DNA of 63,227 nucleotides, the filler included, from Octopus bimaculoides (lineage: Eukaryota): the NCBI RefSeq assembly GCF_001194135.2. It is 4 parts of 4 records of this genome, joined end to end, with 100 filler letters (N's around TTAATTAATTAA, not from the genome) between each part and the next. Parts side by side here need not be neighbours in the genome. Positions count along the whole stretch, not along the records: positions 47,746 to 56,644 come from NC_068982.1; positions 56,745 to 63,227 come from NC_068988.1; 2 more parts are not named here. One strand, 5' to 3'. Of the stretch, positions 48,898 through 62,234 are shown piece by piece. Below the pieces are notes generated by a model. The model did not search any database. It saw nothing but the letters and a program-made list of their open reading frames with translations, and had not been told where the DNA came from. The first letter of the stretch is position 1. Each line of letters begins with the position of its first letter. Made by a program: the position numbers and the translations under genes.

Positions 48898-51699
48898 NNN
48901 NNNNNNNNNNNNNNNNNNNNNNNNNNNNNNNNNNNNNNNNNNNNNNNNNNNNNNNNNNNNNNNNNNNNNNNNNNNNNNNNNNNNNNNNNNNNNNNNNNNN
49001 NNNNNNNNNNNNNNNNNNNNNNNNNNNNNNNNNNNNNNNNNNNNNNNNNNNNNNNNNNNNNNNNNNNNNNNNNNNNNNNNNNNNNNNNNNNNNNNNNNNN
49101 NNNNNNNNNNNNNNNNNNNNNNNNNNNNNNNNNNNNNNNNNNNNNNNNNNNNNNNNNNNNNNNNNNNNNNNNNNNNNNNNNNNNNNNNNNNNNNNNNNNN
49201 NNNNNNNNNNNNNNNNNNNNNNNNNNNNNNNNNNNNNNNNNNNNNNNNNNNNNNNNNNNNNNNNNNNNNNNNNNNNNNNNNNNNNNNNNNNNNNNNNNNN
49301 NNNNNNNNNNNNNNNNNNNNNNNNNNNNNNNNNNNNNNNNNNNNNNNNNNNNNNNNTATATATATATATACAGTGAGAGAAAGGGAGGGAGAGAGAGAGA
49401 GACAGAGAGACAGAGTGAGAAAGAGTGAGAAGTACTTGCGGAGACCGACAGTAGGATCATAAACTGAACTTCATATTTGTTTAACCACATCTTTGTATCA
49501 CATATTGAAACTTCAGCACCACTCTTCCAAACATCGGTAGCTCCATTTCACAATTCTTAATTCATTATTTTACAACAATCTCTTTATCTTTTATGGATTA
49601 TAAAAACCGCACTGAAGCCCTTTCTTTCCTTTTTCGACGTTTCCTTACACCAATGAATCTTCATTCAGCTTCTTGCCAGGATGCTGCTTGTGCAGTAGTT
49701 TCAAGTTTTCTCACATTACCTTTTCTCCAATCACATTCTTGTTTTTGAGATGCTTGATCGGAAGTTTAACGTCCCCTTACATTAAACATTCGTCTTGTGC
49801 TATTTTCCCAGTTTTGTCATTTTTGTTCTGGAGTTTGTAAAGTATGACACCTAGTTACCTGTCGTTAGGACTATTTCTCATTTCACTGAACGACATAGTT
49901 GTAGTCTTCTACTCTTATACTTGCGTTCCTCATTCTCTTTATTTCGCACACTCCCTAAAATATTAATCGTCTTCTCTTCCACTTGAAGTGAAACCGAACT
50001 AACCTATTGTTTAGTGTTAAAAAATAAAATCTAGAAAAGTGAAGGAAATGCGCTTATTTTGTATGTAATTGTTAAGAAAATGTTCCTGTTAAAAATAATA
50101 AATTATTCGTCTTATTTAAGTTCAAATAAATTAAATCTATACATTAAAACAGTTTGTCCTGAAGAGTATGTGGTGGGCGAAAGGACTTGCAATGCAGTGT
50201 GAATTCAGTTATCACTTTTGCTTACTGAAATAGGCCATGCCCTAAGTAACTTATAGAGAGTGATAGGAGTGGTAAGTAATGGGAAGAACAACTAACAGAC
50301 TAGAGTGAAGGAACCAATTCCAATGATTTTGCTTTTTGAGAAAGGTCACACGCAAAGAAAAATTAAATGATTTTAATTATACACAGATAATATAAATATA
50401 TTCTCTGCAGTAATATGATATAACATTGTTAGTTATTCGAACATATAGACAATCTGAGGACAAAAGTGTTTTTCGAATCCTTATGCATGAGCAACTTAAA
50501 AGAACGCTAAAGTATAATAACGGTATTATTACGTCATAAAGTACCCAAAATCTCAGATATGTCAGTTAATCTGAAATTCTGAAATCATCGATGCGCTTTT
50601 AGCTTCAAAGTTTGTGGATACAGTTTCCATTCGAATTAAATACATCTTTAACCTAGCAAACGGAAATAATTTCATCTTCATACTTTTCTCTTCAGTAACA
50701 CAATCTCTCTTCCCATCTGTTTTTCCTGTCTTTCTTGCCCCTCCTTGTCATTCTAACGTACACTGTTTTCTTTTAAGCAGTTGCGCATTTTCACTCAGAA
50801 TTTCCTTATGGCTTTTTTCTCTGCCTTGAGTCTTTTTAATGTAATCAAGTGTCAGTGTGTATGCGTGCTTCTGAACATGCGAATGCATGTGGATCAATCC
50901 ATGTGACCGAATTTGTAGAAGTTATGTCTGTTTTTTTTTTATCAAATACACACACACTCACACACACACACACATATATATATATATTACATACACACAT
51001 GCCTATCTATATAATGGGTGTGTGCATGTATGTTTTTGTATACATATATACTTGCATGGCATATTTGTTCTCTGTTTACTTCTCTGCTGTAGATGCTTTC
51101 CTATCATCGTTATTATACCAGTTTGTTTTATAGTCAAGTTAATCTTTTGTCCTTCATAACAACATATATACGCACATATATACGTGTATATGCATATGCT
51201 TCTATGAAGATTGTAAAATTGAATTGAATGTCAGTGAGCGTGTAACTGTAAATTTATATATAGAGAAAGTGTTACTTGAACCTAATTAGCGAAGAAATCC
51301 TCAATATAGGTACAAGAAGGAATTCTACACCATGTATTGTAATAGTTGTCCATGTGTGTATATTTATACATATTTATATATATNNNNNNNNNNNNNNNNN
51401 NNNNNNNNNNNNNNNNNNNNNNNNNNNNNNNNNNNNNNNNNNNNNNNNNNNNNNNNNNNNNNNNNNNNNNNNNNNNNNNNNNNNNNNNNNNNNNNNNNNN
51501 NNNNNNNNNNNNNNNNNNNNNNNNNNNNNNNNNNNNNNNNNNNNNNNNNNNNNNNNNNNNNNNNNNNNNNNNNNNNNNNNNNNNNNNNNNNNNNNNNNNN
51601 NNNNNNNNNNNNNNNNNNNNNNNNNNNNNNNNNNNNNNNNNNNNNNNNNNNNNNNNNNNNNNNNNNNNNNNNNNNNNNNNNNNNNNNNNNNNNNNNNNN

Positions 51700-51746
<47 letters not shown>

Positions 51747-51751
51747 GTATG

Positions 51752-51804
<53 letters not shown>

Positions 51805-52149
51805 CATCATATTTCGTATGTAAAAGCCTTACAATTACCCATGGTTGCAGATGTTGTTCACACATAAAATACAGAACGTGAATATAAATAAAAAAGATGC
51901 ATTTACGAAGAAAACAGAAAATAACAGAAAGGAAACCAAAACCAAGTCCAAAGTCTCTATCTTATCTGATATGAACGAAATTTAACAAATGCACATATGG
52001 ACGCACATACATATAAGCAGGAACACATACGTGCGTGCACACATACGAGCGTGCACACATACGAGCGTGCACACACTCACATGATCATACCGGACAATTT
52101 CAAACAACGCCAAATCATGCATTCAAAATAAATGGAAGTGGAGAGACAA

Positions 52150-52190
52150 GTTACTGAAGAGATTGCAAGGGTGCAATGAAATGATTTAAC
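52150..52190 (+). ncRNA. Minimal 41-nt hammerhead-like motif
   Basis: GUUA CUGAAGA G AUUGCA AGGG UGCAAU GAA AUGAU U UAAC. Stem I is 4 bp, stem II is a perfect 6 bp, and stem III is near-palindromic. AATAAA follows downstream. Confidence 0.55.
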
Positions 52191-52319
52191 AAAACAAAAA
52201 AAAAACGAAATACTGTTTATAAATTAATAAAGGACTGAACCAGTGCGTGTGTTTATTACCGGCATAATGCCTCTCCCAAGGTTTAATTATATTTCATCAT
52301 GTTAAACCGTTAATCTCTA

Positions 52320-52510
52320 CATATTTTTTCTCTTCTCTTTCCGTCTTTTTTTTCGTTCTCTCTATTTTGTCCCTCTCAGTCCTTTTTTTTTTTGTCGAAG
52401 AGCGTAGTTTCCAAACGCCAAAGGCTTTTCCATTCTTCTCGAGCGTCAGTTAGATTAGTACACCTGCTTGTTGTTCCTTCACCTTTCTTCGTCTTTTTTC
52501 TGAAAATTTA
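52320..52510 (+). repeat. PLE terminal repeat, same family as 47872-48060 (opposite strand), decayed
   Basis: TGTCGAAGAGCGTAG...CAAACG..AAAG.CTTT...CGAGCGT...TTAGTACACCTG.TTGTTG...CTTCGTCTTTT. Confidence 0.7.
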
Positions 52511-52622
52511 AACTATATATACATATATGTGTGTGTGAGTGTGTGTGTCTGTGTGTGTATATGTGTGTGTGTGTATATAATTATATATATTAGACAAAAT
52601 AATAAGGTATTCAGAGATCTGG

Positions 52623-52658
<36 letters not shown>

Positions 52659-53020
52659 NNNNNNNNNNNNNNNNNNNNNNNNNNNNNNNNNNNNNNNNNN
52701 NNNNNNNNNNNNNNNNNNNNNNNNNNNNNNNNNNNNNNNNNNNNNNNNNNNNNNNNNNNNNNNNNNNNNNNNNNNNNNNNNNNNNNNNNNNNNNNNNNNN
52801 NNNNNNNNNNNNNNNNNNNNNNNNNNNNNNNNNNNNNNNNNNNNNNNNNNNNNNNNNNNNNNNNNNNNNNNNNNNNNNNNNNNNNNNNNNNNNNNNNNNN
52901 NNNNNNNNNNNNNNNNNNNNNNNNNNNNNNNNNNNNNNNNNNNNNNNNNNNNNNNNNNNNNNNNNNNNNNNNNNNNNNNNNNNNNNNNNNNNNNNNNNNN
53001 NNNNNNNNNNNNNNNNNNNN

Positions 53021-53071
<51 letters not shown>

Positions 53072-53317
53072 ACATATATAGCAATGCGTATGTATGGTAT
53101 ACATTTACACTTCCGGGGTAAACAAAATGCGCCACACAAAAGGGATATGAGAGTGCAAAATATATTGAATTTAACTTATTTGCTCTAAATGCTGCAGTAA
53201 CACTCCACATTTTCTTAATACCATTTTAACGAGAAAAACGTGTTTTACAAGGTTAATTACGATGTTACATATATATGAAGAAAAAAATGAAACAATATAT
53301 ATATTAACTACCAAATT

Positions 53318-53434
<117 letters not shown>

Positions 53435-53479
53435 TTGCAAAGCAGACAACATATTCTGCTCTCCACCAACTATTAAAGA

Positions 53480-54300
53480 AGAGATCCCTGTTCTTCTCTC
53501 TAATATGATGAGAATATGTCTAGACTTCAACTGGAAGGAACAAAACTCCAGCATACTTAGAACTGTTCCAATTGCAGATGATAAGATTGAAATTCTTATT
53601 TCTACAAGCAAGTTTAGAACTAATGAAGAATGTCTTGTCTAGGACTATTGCAACAAGATGCGCGCTCCTATTTTCGTTTCCTAAAGATGTGCTAACCAAG
53701 AAATATGTTAGCGACGGTTTGGGGCCAAATGCGACAACTGTGGTTAATAAATGCTTCAGAAAGTTCACTGAACTGATGTTTTGAGTTTTAAGATCACAGT
53801 GCTGCTCTAAGACATTGCTCTGACTGAGCAGGCGAGAGATTTTACCTGAATGTATTTCAACAAGTGAGAAGCATGGCTGGGTTGGAACCATTGTCTGAGG
53901 TATATTTTCAACTAAAGATGCTAAAGATGTAAACTGTCAGTTACAGCCTTACAACGCCTAAAACTATTAAACAAAAAAGGTTGCCTTGCATCCTGCAAAA
54001 ATTATTTCATGAAGAAAACATTAAACAAGTTCATTTTCAACAAGACAATACCTATACATGTACGGTAAAAGAAATAAAAAACACTGTTTAGAGAATACTA
54101 ACTTCAAAATTATGTTCTGATGAGGTCAGAATTTAGATTTGAATCCATTTAGAGAATTTTAGTTTGTGTTGCGCATACACTTGTTGGAAACCAACTACAA
54201 ACTCTGAACAACTTTGATTAGTTGTGAAACATGAATGAAACAATAGGACATTTCTTGGTGCAATAGCTATCTCATAGTTTCTCCAAAGCCTGGGTCACTT
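53480..54300 (+). mobile_element. Very decayed Tc1-like transposase remnant
   Basis: HFQQDNTY (FQQDNAP-like) is followed at the expected spacing by NLDLNPFRE (SPDLNPIEN-like) at about 54035-54155. The boundaries are uncertain. Confidence 0.5.
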
Positions 54301-54454
54301 AAAGAAATCTAAGGAATGACCTACTCCATATTTATATATGCTTTTACAAAAATAATTAAAAATTGTTCTGGATAGATTTTTAATTCCCCAGGAATAGATA
54401 TGAAACAAATAAATAATCAAATTTGTACATAGAGTCATTTTAATAATAAATTGG

Positions 54455-54459
54455 AGATT

Positions 54460-54492
<33 letters not shown>

Positions 54493-54581
54493 GAGAGAGA
54501 GAGACAGAGAGAGACAGAGAGAGACAGAGAGAGACAGAGAGAGACAGAGAATGAGAGAAAGAGAGAGAGAGAAAGAGAGAA

Positions 54582-54626
<45 letters not shown>

Positions 54627-54641
54627 AAGAGAGAGAGAGAA

Positions 54642-54688
<47 letters not shown>

Positions 54689-54772
54689 CAGAGAGAGACA
54701 GAGAGAGACAGAGAGACAGAGAGAAAGAGAGAAAGAGATAGAGAAAAAGAGAGAGAGAGAAAGAGAGAGAGA
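54455..54772. repeat. Compound (GA)n/(GAGACAGA)n/(GAAA) polypurine tract
   Basis: Directly visible. It explains the RE/SL-rich ORFs. Confidence 0.95.
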
Positions 54773-56419
54773 NNNNNNNNNNNNNNNNNNNNNNNNNNNN
54801 NNNNNNNNNNNNNNNNNNNNNNNNNNNNNNNNNNNNNNNNNNNNNNNNNNNNNNNNNNNNNNNNNNNNNNNNNNNNNNNNNNNNNNNNNNNNNNNNNNNN
54901 NNNNNNNNNNNNNNNNNNNNNNNNNNNNNNNNNNNNNNNNNNNNNNNNNNNNNNNNNNNNNNNATATATATATACGATGGTGCAACAGCATGGCCGCAGC
55001 TCTAAGCTGAAACTTTAAAATATATATATATAAGCCAGCTGGAGGAGATGTCCTCCTGGGGCTAAAAGCAACAGTAACATCCACCCCTAGGGGTCAGCCA
55101 CACTTAAGTGGCAATATACTACACTTTATCGTGCAGTTACTGTTAATACTTCATTTAGAGAATTAACATTATATATATATATATATACACATACATAAAT
55201 GTGCGTATACACACGCACGCACAATTGAATTTCTTACATAGTAATTACACACACATGCACACACGTTATAAACAAGCATATTCTCTTAATATTTTAGATA
55301 CCTCCCGTTCTACTTTGCAAGCTAAACTATCTCAATCTATGTTATATGGTGTACTAAACATTAACTTAAGTGTGAAGTCGGAAGGAAAGATGGGACGCTA
55401 AGCTAAAGGAGGTTAAGAGAAGCTTAATGTTTATGATTATGATTTAAGGTACTTGTGAATGTAATAAGAGGAATGTATGCGTACGAGAATAGTAACAATT
55501 AGGAAAGTAACAATTAAAGATGTCGAAACGAAAAGCTAAAAATGAAAAGTAGCAAAACTGAAAAATTATGTAAGAAAAAAAATCATGTAAACCATGAAAA
55601 GATGATGAGAAGCTGAGGTAGTGATTTTTTTTCTTTTTTTCATTCCTGTAAAAATCTGTTGCTAAATAAAGTGTCCATTTAAAAGAGTATTAACAAAAAA
55701 ACGAAGACAAACATTATCCTTCAGGTGTGTAAAATGAAGAACTAATACATTTTCGTTGAAATAAAATACGAATGTATATTGAGTGAAATAATATGGTAAT
55801 GGCATTGTTAGTCGTTGACACAACATGTAGACAGTATCAAAACAAAAGTGTGCTTCGAAATCATATGCATGAAAAACTTCAAAGACAGTTAAACTATAAT
55901 TAAGATAGATTGCAGTATAAAGTACCAGAAAATTTCAGATTTTTGTGATATATCAATCAACCTAAAATCATCATTACTATCTGTTTCTGATATTTACTGA
56001 AATTTTCGAAGTTCGTTCTTTATCCATTCAGTTTCAGTGCCACCAATATTTGTGTTTAACGTAGAAAACGGATGTAATTTTAACTTCATAGTCTTTACTT
56101 CAGAAACACAATCTTTCCGCATGCGTTTGAATATGCATGTGTCTAACTCTTGTTTCCTCTGTTACCCTCTATCTCTCTCATTTACGTGCGCAGACATGCA
56201 CGCATACACACACACGCGCGCGCACACACAGACACACATTTTTGCTACAGATTTCTATAGCTGCATTTCCCTGTCTACATTTGTTATCTTTCCACTTTTT
56301 CTATTCAGGTATTCATGTGTTAGTATATATGCGCACCTTTGACAATGCATGCTTTTCAACGTATACGTATCTATGAATTCATGTGTCTCGGCGGTATCAT
56401 CCATCTTTCTAGCTAGCTA

Positions 56420-56421
56420 GG

Positions 56422-56486
<65 letters not shown>

Positions 56487-56487
56487 G

Positions 56488-56534
<47 letters not shown>

Positions 56535-56535
56535 G

Positions 56536-56588
<53 letters not shown>
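56420..56588. repeat. (GATA)n tetranucleotide array
   Basis: Directly visible, with occasional GATG variants. Confidence 0.97.
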
Positions 56589-56744
56589 GTTTCTTTATTA
56601 GCCACACAGGGCTCAACACAGAGGGGACAAAATACAAATGTAGANNNNNNNNNNNNNNNNNNNNNNNNNNNNNNNNNNNNNNNNNNNNTTAATTAATTAA
56701 NNNNNNNNNNNNNNNNNNNNNNNNNNNNNNNNNNNNNNNNNNNN

Positions 56745-56934
56745 AACACCAGGACTTACAAATATATATATCATACAGAAAATTGCACTACTGGGTCCTG
56801 CACACATTCTACGCAAAACACTTTCAATACATAAACATAAGAGCACCACAGCAAACCACAGCACATACCCAAGGCGCACAGAGCTGCGCTCGGTAGTGAA
56901 GTGAAAGCACGTTATAAAAATAAAACTACTGAAC
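56745..56934 (+). mobile_element. R4/Dong-clade non-LTR element 3' end, followed by (AAT)n (56935-57027)
   Basis: Plus frame reads TPGLTNIYIIQKIALLGPAHILRKTLSI, matching the QK..LLGTA.ILRK.L C-terminal motif of restriction-like-endonuclease LINEs. Confidence 0.75.
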
Positions 56935-56980
56935 AATAATAATAATATTAATAATAACAATAATAATAATAATAATAATG

Positions 56981-57028
<48 letters not shown>

Positions 57029-57029
57029 T

Positions 57030-58250
57030 AGACCAGAATATAATTAAGTGTACATGTAGTGATACAACCAAAGGTAAATTTCAAAATAAATGTAATTTGG
57101 AGGATGTAGTATATAAATGTGTAGTGACTTTGATTGGTGATAATAATAGAAATAGGTATAAGTTAAATAATATTTACATAGGGTCGACTTCTGATAAAAT
57201 TAAATTACGCGTGACTCAACATATGCAGTCTTTTAAGAATAGAAGTTTAATTAATTCTACTGACCTTAGTAAATATATATGGGAACTAAAATCTAAAAAT
57301 ATTAAGTGCAATTTAAATGGGTAGATAGTTTGTAAGGTAGTAATTTTTGTTTATTATGTACTAATGAATTTAAGGAGATATTATTAATTCCCTACATGAA
57401 CATAAAATAAATATTGACATACGTTAAATTACTTATATAATAAGTTTAGCTAATTTGGGCATATATATAAACACTATTTTATGATACTAATTGTTGTAGA
57501 TATAATTTGTAGTAGTTAAATGTGTATATATTGGGTATATTACATATTACATATTACACGAGATTATATTGGGTATATTACATATTTAGAATAAGATTAA
57601 ACTAATAAGTTTTTAAATAAATAAATAAATCAAGGAAAATAGATTACATTATAGAAATTTAGGTAAACTTAAATATTACGTATTTTAGATTTGAATTGTT
57701 TAGACTTTATAATTTTCCAGTGAATCATATACTACAGTTATTTTTTTCTTATTCTCAGAATTAAACTACATTTTGTCATTTTAATAGATTAAATACATAT
57801 CCTATTTATTTATTCTATATTTTTTTTCATATTTACGTCATATTTACACGTGATGTATTTCTTATAGACGCTAAGTTCTTTGTTTTACGTTTCAAATCTC
57901 AGTTTAACAGAAATTCTTCGGTAAGATCAGTTATGTTTTCATTTTAAGTAATGTTGTTAAATACTTTTCGATTATTTATTGTGAAAAAGTATTATTCTAT
58001 ATTTATTTGATAATTTATTATGAATTTAGACACGTAGGTTGTTTTTATTATCATTATGTTTTTTTTTATGTTTATTATTCTTATGATTATTACAGACCTG
58101 AAGAGTGACTATATTTTTATATCGAATCAAATTATTTAACGCGCGTAGTTTTTTTAATATTATTTGCTATTTATTGATTATGTAATTTATTGATTTTTGG
58201 AATAGGGTTATTTGTGGTATATTTGTTTTTCTAGACGTTTTGAATGACAT
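57030..58250 (+). mobile_element. PLE GIY-YIG endonuclease remnant plus AT-rich 3' region with a decayed hammerhead (58095-58150)
   Basis: Reads IKCTCSDTTKGKFQNKCNLEDVVYKC..IYIGSTSDKIKLRVTQHMQSFKN..STDLSKYIWELK and FCLLCTNE. The relic reads GAC CTGAAGA..AC GCGC GT A GTT. Confidence 0.82.
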
Positions 58251-58479
58251 TTTTCATCGTTGAATTTGTTAATAGTTGGTTTGTCTTTAAATTATATATG
58301 TATCATATATATATGGATATATTATCCGGTCAATACCATGGGGGCTTTCAGTTATGTTCCAAATGTTAATAGTCACTTACACTGTAAATTCCTCCGATGG
58401 GTAATTTTGTGTTCGCTTCCACGTATGGCAGTATATGTTGGAGTGTATATTAGTAATCGTTATAGACATATAGGAGAGT

Positions 58480-58860
58480 GAGACCTGTTCATTTTCAAGA
58501 TTTATTTCGTCTTATTCTATAATTTGATACAGCATATTTTTATAGTTGTTACGACTTACACATGTTTCCACTGCGCAAAGTACGGGCAGCTGTAGGTGCA
58601 ACAACAATATTTTGTGTGCAACTTCTTCAGAGTCATTCCATTTGCCTAATTTCAAAGCGAACTGACTACGGTTAGTTGTTTGTTAGTTTATGTTTTGGTG
58701 GGAGGAAGTAGGCAAACGTTGTTTTGAAACTGAAATTTGGTCTGTTTGTGAGCTTATGAGGGGGATCCCGGTTTAACACAGGGTACTGTTCGAAGTAAAG
58801 GTTCTACCTAACTAGGTGAATGTTGATGGTGTTGTTCTTGAGGATCACTAGGTCTCCATA
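58480..58860 (-). mobile_element. PLE 3' end (EN C-terminal LNRD motif plus terminal repeat)
   Basis: Minus frame has ..QYPVLNRD.., followed about 130 nt later by a hammerhead motif and an AATAAA. Confidence 0.6.
58551..58637 (-). ncRNA. Type I hammerhead motif with a long stem II loop
   Basis: AUGACU CUGAAGA A GUUGCAC..(~35 nt)..UGCGCAGUG GAA ACAUGUGU A AGUCGU. It has a 6-bp stem I, a GUA site and a near-palindromic stem III. Confidence 0.6.
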
Positions 58861-58904
58861 TTCTATATCGTTATGATCATCATATGTATATATATATATA
58901 TATA

Positions 58905-59400
58905 TGCACGAGGTTCGCATTCAAAGGCAGGAAGTCATAGGCAAATTTGAGGATAAAAGTTATTCGTTCCAATTCGTTCGAACTGAGACTCTACCAGAGT
59001 GCAATTTTCATGTCATTCACTGCTCCTGTCTTCTCTGCTGTAATGCATTCCGTATTCATATGGAATTGTTCGCTTTTGCACTTCATGTAGAATCAGATCT
59101 CTTCTCATCTTTCCCCTGGCCTCTGACCACCATTCACCTGTTGTTACACCCAGTCCCTACCTGCTGGCCTCAGTGCATTCCGTTATTTCTCTGGGTTTCC
59201 TTTGCTGCATCCGCTCAACGATAGACTTGAGTGGTAGTGGCGACAATAGAGTGAAACATTAATATGACCTGGTGGGATACCAAGCTAATTACTTGTGTGC
59301 ATTTGGTGATTTTGGCCTCCATATCCTCCACTGTGTTAGCACTGATATCGTAGATCAACATGGACTAGAGATTTTTTGGGATTAACATAAACTGTAAACA
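58905..59400 (-). mobile_element. HERO-like (restriction-like endonuclease) non-LTR retrotransposon fragment
   Basis: Reads CLQFMLIPKNL*SMLIYDISANTVEDMEAKITK and ERITFILKFAYDFLPLNANLV. These resemble the P..LWPLL.YE and I.FL...YD.LP..NL segments of HERO-type ORFs. Confidence 0.6.
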
Positions 59401-61584
59401 TCCAACGATGTAGCGGTGAAGCTACACTGGTTTATGACCTGAAGACAGTTACCCACTGTTTGTGTACATACACGCGTACGCACGTACATACAAGCACGCA
59501 CATACACACACACGCACGCACGCACACACACGCACATATATATATATATACGCTCAGGGGAAAATTATGGAGAGAGGAAATTAAAAATTGCAGAGTGTTG
59601 TTAACTTCTGATAATTCGCATCAGTTGTGGAAGTTAGTTGTAATTGCAAATTGAAAATTGAAAACAAAAAGTGAAAAGAAATTTCAAATAAATTTCAATA
59701 TATGATGTGCACAAATGTCGTGTTTTTGTTGTGTTTCATTGTTTCGTATTTCATCACGCATCATCTCTTTTTTGGCTTATCATCTTTTCGCATTAATACT
59801 ATAGTAAACAATAAATTGCATTGCGTTGCACATTCTGATGTCAAACGCTCTAACATATTTCAATTAAGATTTAGTTTAATTAGTACATTGCGCTAGTCAC
59901 ATGTTTATGAAATAGCTCCTCTAATACAAATATAAAATAAAGTTCGCTTTAAATTTCTTTTCAAGACAAGCATCGAAAATAATATTCAACCATTATAAAA
60001 GCAAAACGCATTTGATAATAATTTTTTTGTTCTTGATGTTAAAATGGCAAAGTAGAAATTAAAAAAATATATCCAAAGCTATAAAAGGCATATATTTCCA
60101 GACAAAATCTAATATTCTTGTTAAATAATGTAAATGATGAAGTATTAAATGCCAGTCATCCCACTAAAAATATTAATAAAATTAAAATATAAATTTTAAA
60201 ATGTATTGTGTGTTGTCATGATCGAAAATAAATCACTCAAAATTATCTTTGGAGACTTTCAGCTCTATGTTTCCTGATGATATCATTATTGTTTTATGCA
60301 GTATGTTGTCAAGTCTTACTGCCATTTATTTTATATTAACATGGGAATATTAGTTCTGGACTAATATCTAAGTAATATACATCAATCTGTTTCGAATACA
60401 CATTTATAGTTTACAGTTTTTAACATAGGCCTGTTTAATATCTTCTAGTGCTGATAGTGTAAATTATTTGGAACAGAATTTGAAAATATCTGTAAAGAAC
60501 CCTGCATTATGTAATACATGGAACTATTAACTTTATTACAGAATTTTATTCAAGGTAGTACATAGTTTTTGAGAACAGTTGAAATTAGCCTTCATATTTT
60601 TTTCCTTACTCCTTTAGGATTCTAGGTTTCTCATTAATCATATCTGCTTAATACAGATATTTAGTATGTTAAATTTTCAATGACCAATATAATATAGATC
60701 TAAACGTCGTAATTCCAGAGCCGACCGTGAGGCATCTACATGATAACTACTCTTGCTAACAACAGTAACAAAGTATCATTAATACAGAACCGTTCCAGAC
60801 ACTATAAGATATGAAAAGTGTTCCTTAAATCACGAGTCATACATAATAGATAACATGACATGAGAGCAGAAAAATAAAATCGTATTTTAATTGTACAATC
60901 TACGATCGTCTGATTCTAAACCTTTAGATGAAAGCTTGAATACATCACTAAACTATGTGTTTTTCATTAACATTTCACGCAATACTTCCTCGGATTAAAT
61001 TTTGAGTGTGGCTTCATGCTCCGTAGCAAACATAAAGACTAAAACAATATTTAGTCAGTATAGAGATGTACGTCTGACAATGAATAATGTACAAATGGGT
61101 ACGGATCGTTCACAAGATTATTCACCATGCAATTCTTTAACATGAATTCTTCAAAGTACGGTATTTAAACTTTAAATTCTGTGTTTACGTTCAACGACAG
61201 CAACTGGAAGACTTCATCGATCATTGGATAAAGAGAGTATGTATTTATAAACCAGCATCTTTTCTTCATTGTTCATGTTCTTTCTAGTAAGCTTAGCCTT
61301 TCATTCTTTAGGAATCGAAACGATATTCACCTACAGAAGTTTAATTAATATTTATTTCTGTTTTGAAGTCGATGTGATTTGAACATATATCAGAAAACAA
61401 TATTACAAAATATTCAAGGATATTAGGGACAATTATTAACCACTTAATGCAATGCTAATGCAAATGCTCCATTCTCCTGGAATGGGCATGTAGCTACGTT
61501 GTATGTATAATATTTGTATACAAAGACAGACAGGTTGATGGTTATGCATATGTATGTGTGTGTTTCCGTGTGTGAATTTTATAT

Positions 61585-61810
61585 CTTTTATCTGTCCATT
61601 GTTTCAGGTATTTGACTGTATATATGCTGGGAGACTACCTTGAATAATTTTCAGTCGAACAAAATCGAACCCAGGCCTTCTTGTTAAGCCTAAAATGTAT
61701 TATATCGTTAGGTTTTGCCGAAACGCTAGGTTTCGGAGGCATAAATACGCCAACACCGGATGTCAAGCGGTGGTGGGGACAGACGTAGACACAAAGACAG
61801 ACACACACAT
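61585..61810 (-). mobile_element. SINE family 1, decayed 3' half
   Basis: TTTGACTG...ATGCTGG..GACTACC...AGTCGAACAAA.TCGA.CCCAGG...TTTTGCCGAA.CGCTA.GTT.CGG. Confidence 0.78.
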
Positions 61811-61828
61811 TGATATATATATATTTTG

Positions 61829-62030
61829 TACTCTTATATTTCAGTCAGTCAACTGACTGCGGCCACGCAGGAGCACCGCCATTAGTCGAATAAATTAAAC
61901 CCAGAACTTATTCTTTGTAAGCCCAGTATTTATTCTATCGTTCTCTTTTGCCGAACAGCTAAGTTACGGAGACATAGACACACCAGCATCGGTAGTCAAG
62001 TGATGGTGGGGAGACAAACACAGTCACACA

Positions 62031-62067
<37 letters not shown>

Positions 62068-62229
62068 GACGGGCTTCGTTCAGTTTCCGTCTACCAGATC
62101 CACTCACAAGGCTTTGGTCAGCCCAAGGCTATAACAGAAGACACTTGCCCAAGATTCCACGCGGTCGGACTGAACCCTGAACCATGGAAGTTGATAAGCA
62201 AGCTACTTACCACACTGCCACTCCTTGCC
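61829..62229 (-). mobile_element. SINE family 1, full length
   Basis: Reverse complement of 9458-9866. Confidence 0.92.
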
Positions 62230-62234
62230 AAGTC

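Noticed and set aside
49440-49950. Possible minus-strand RT N-terminal relic (VKLPIKHLKNKNVIG)
   Set aside because: There is only one weak motif resemblance, too decayed to call without a profile search.
50155-50190. GTC CTGAAGA...GCGAAAGGAC
   Set aside because: Stem II has only 2 pairs and there is no cleavage-site strand, so it is a simple hairpin.
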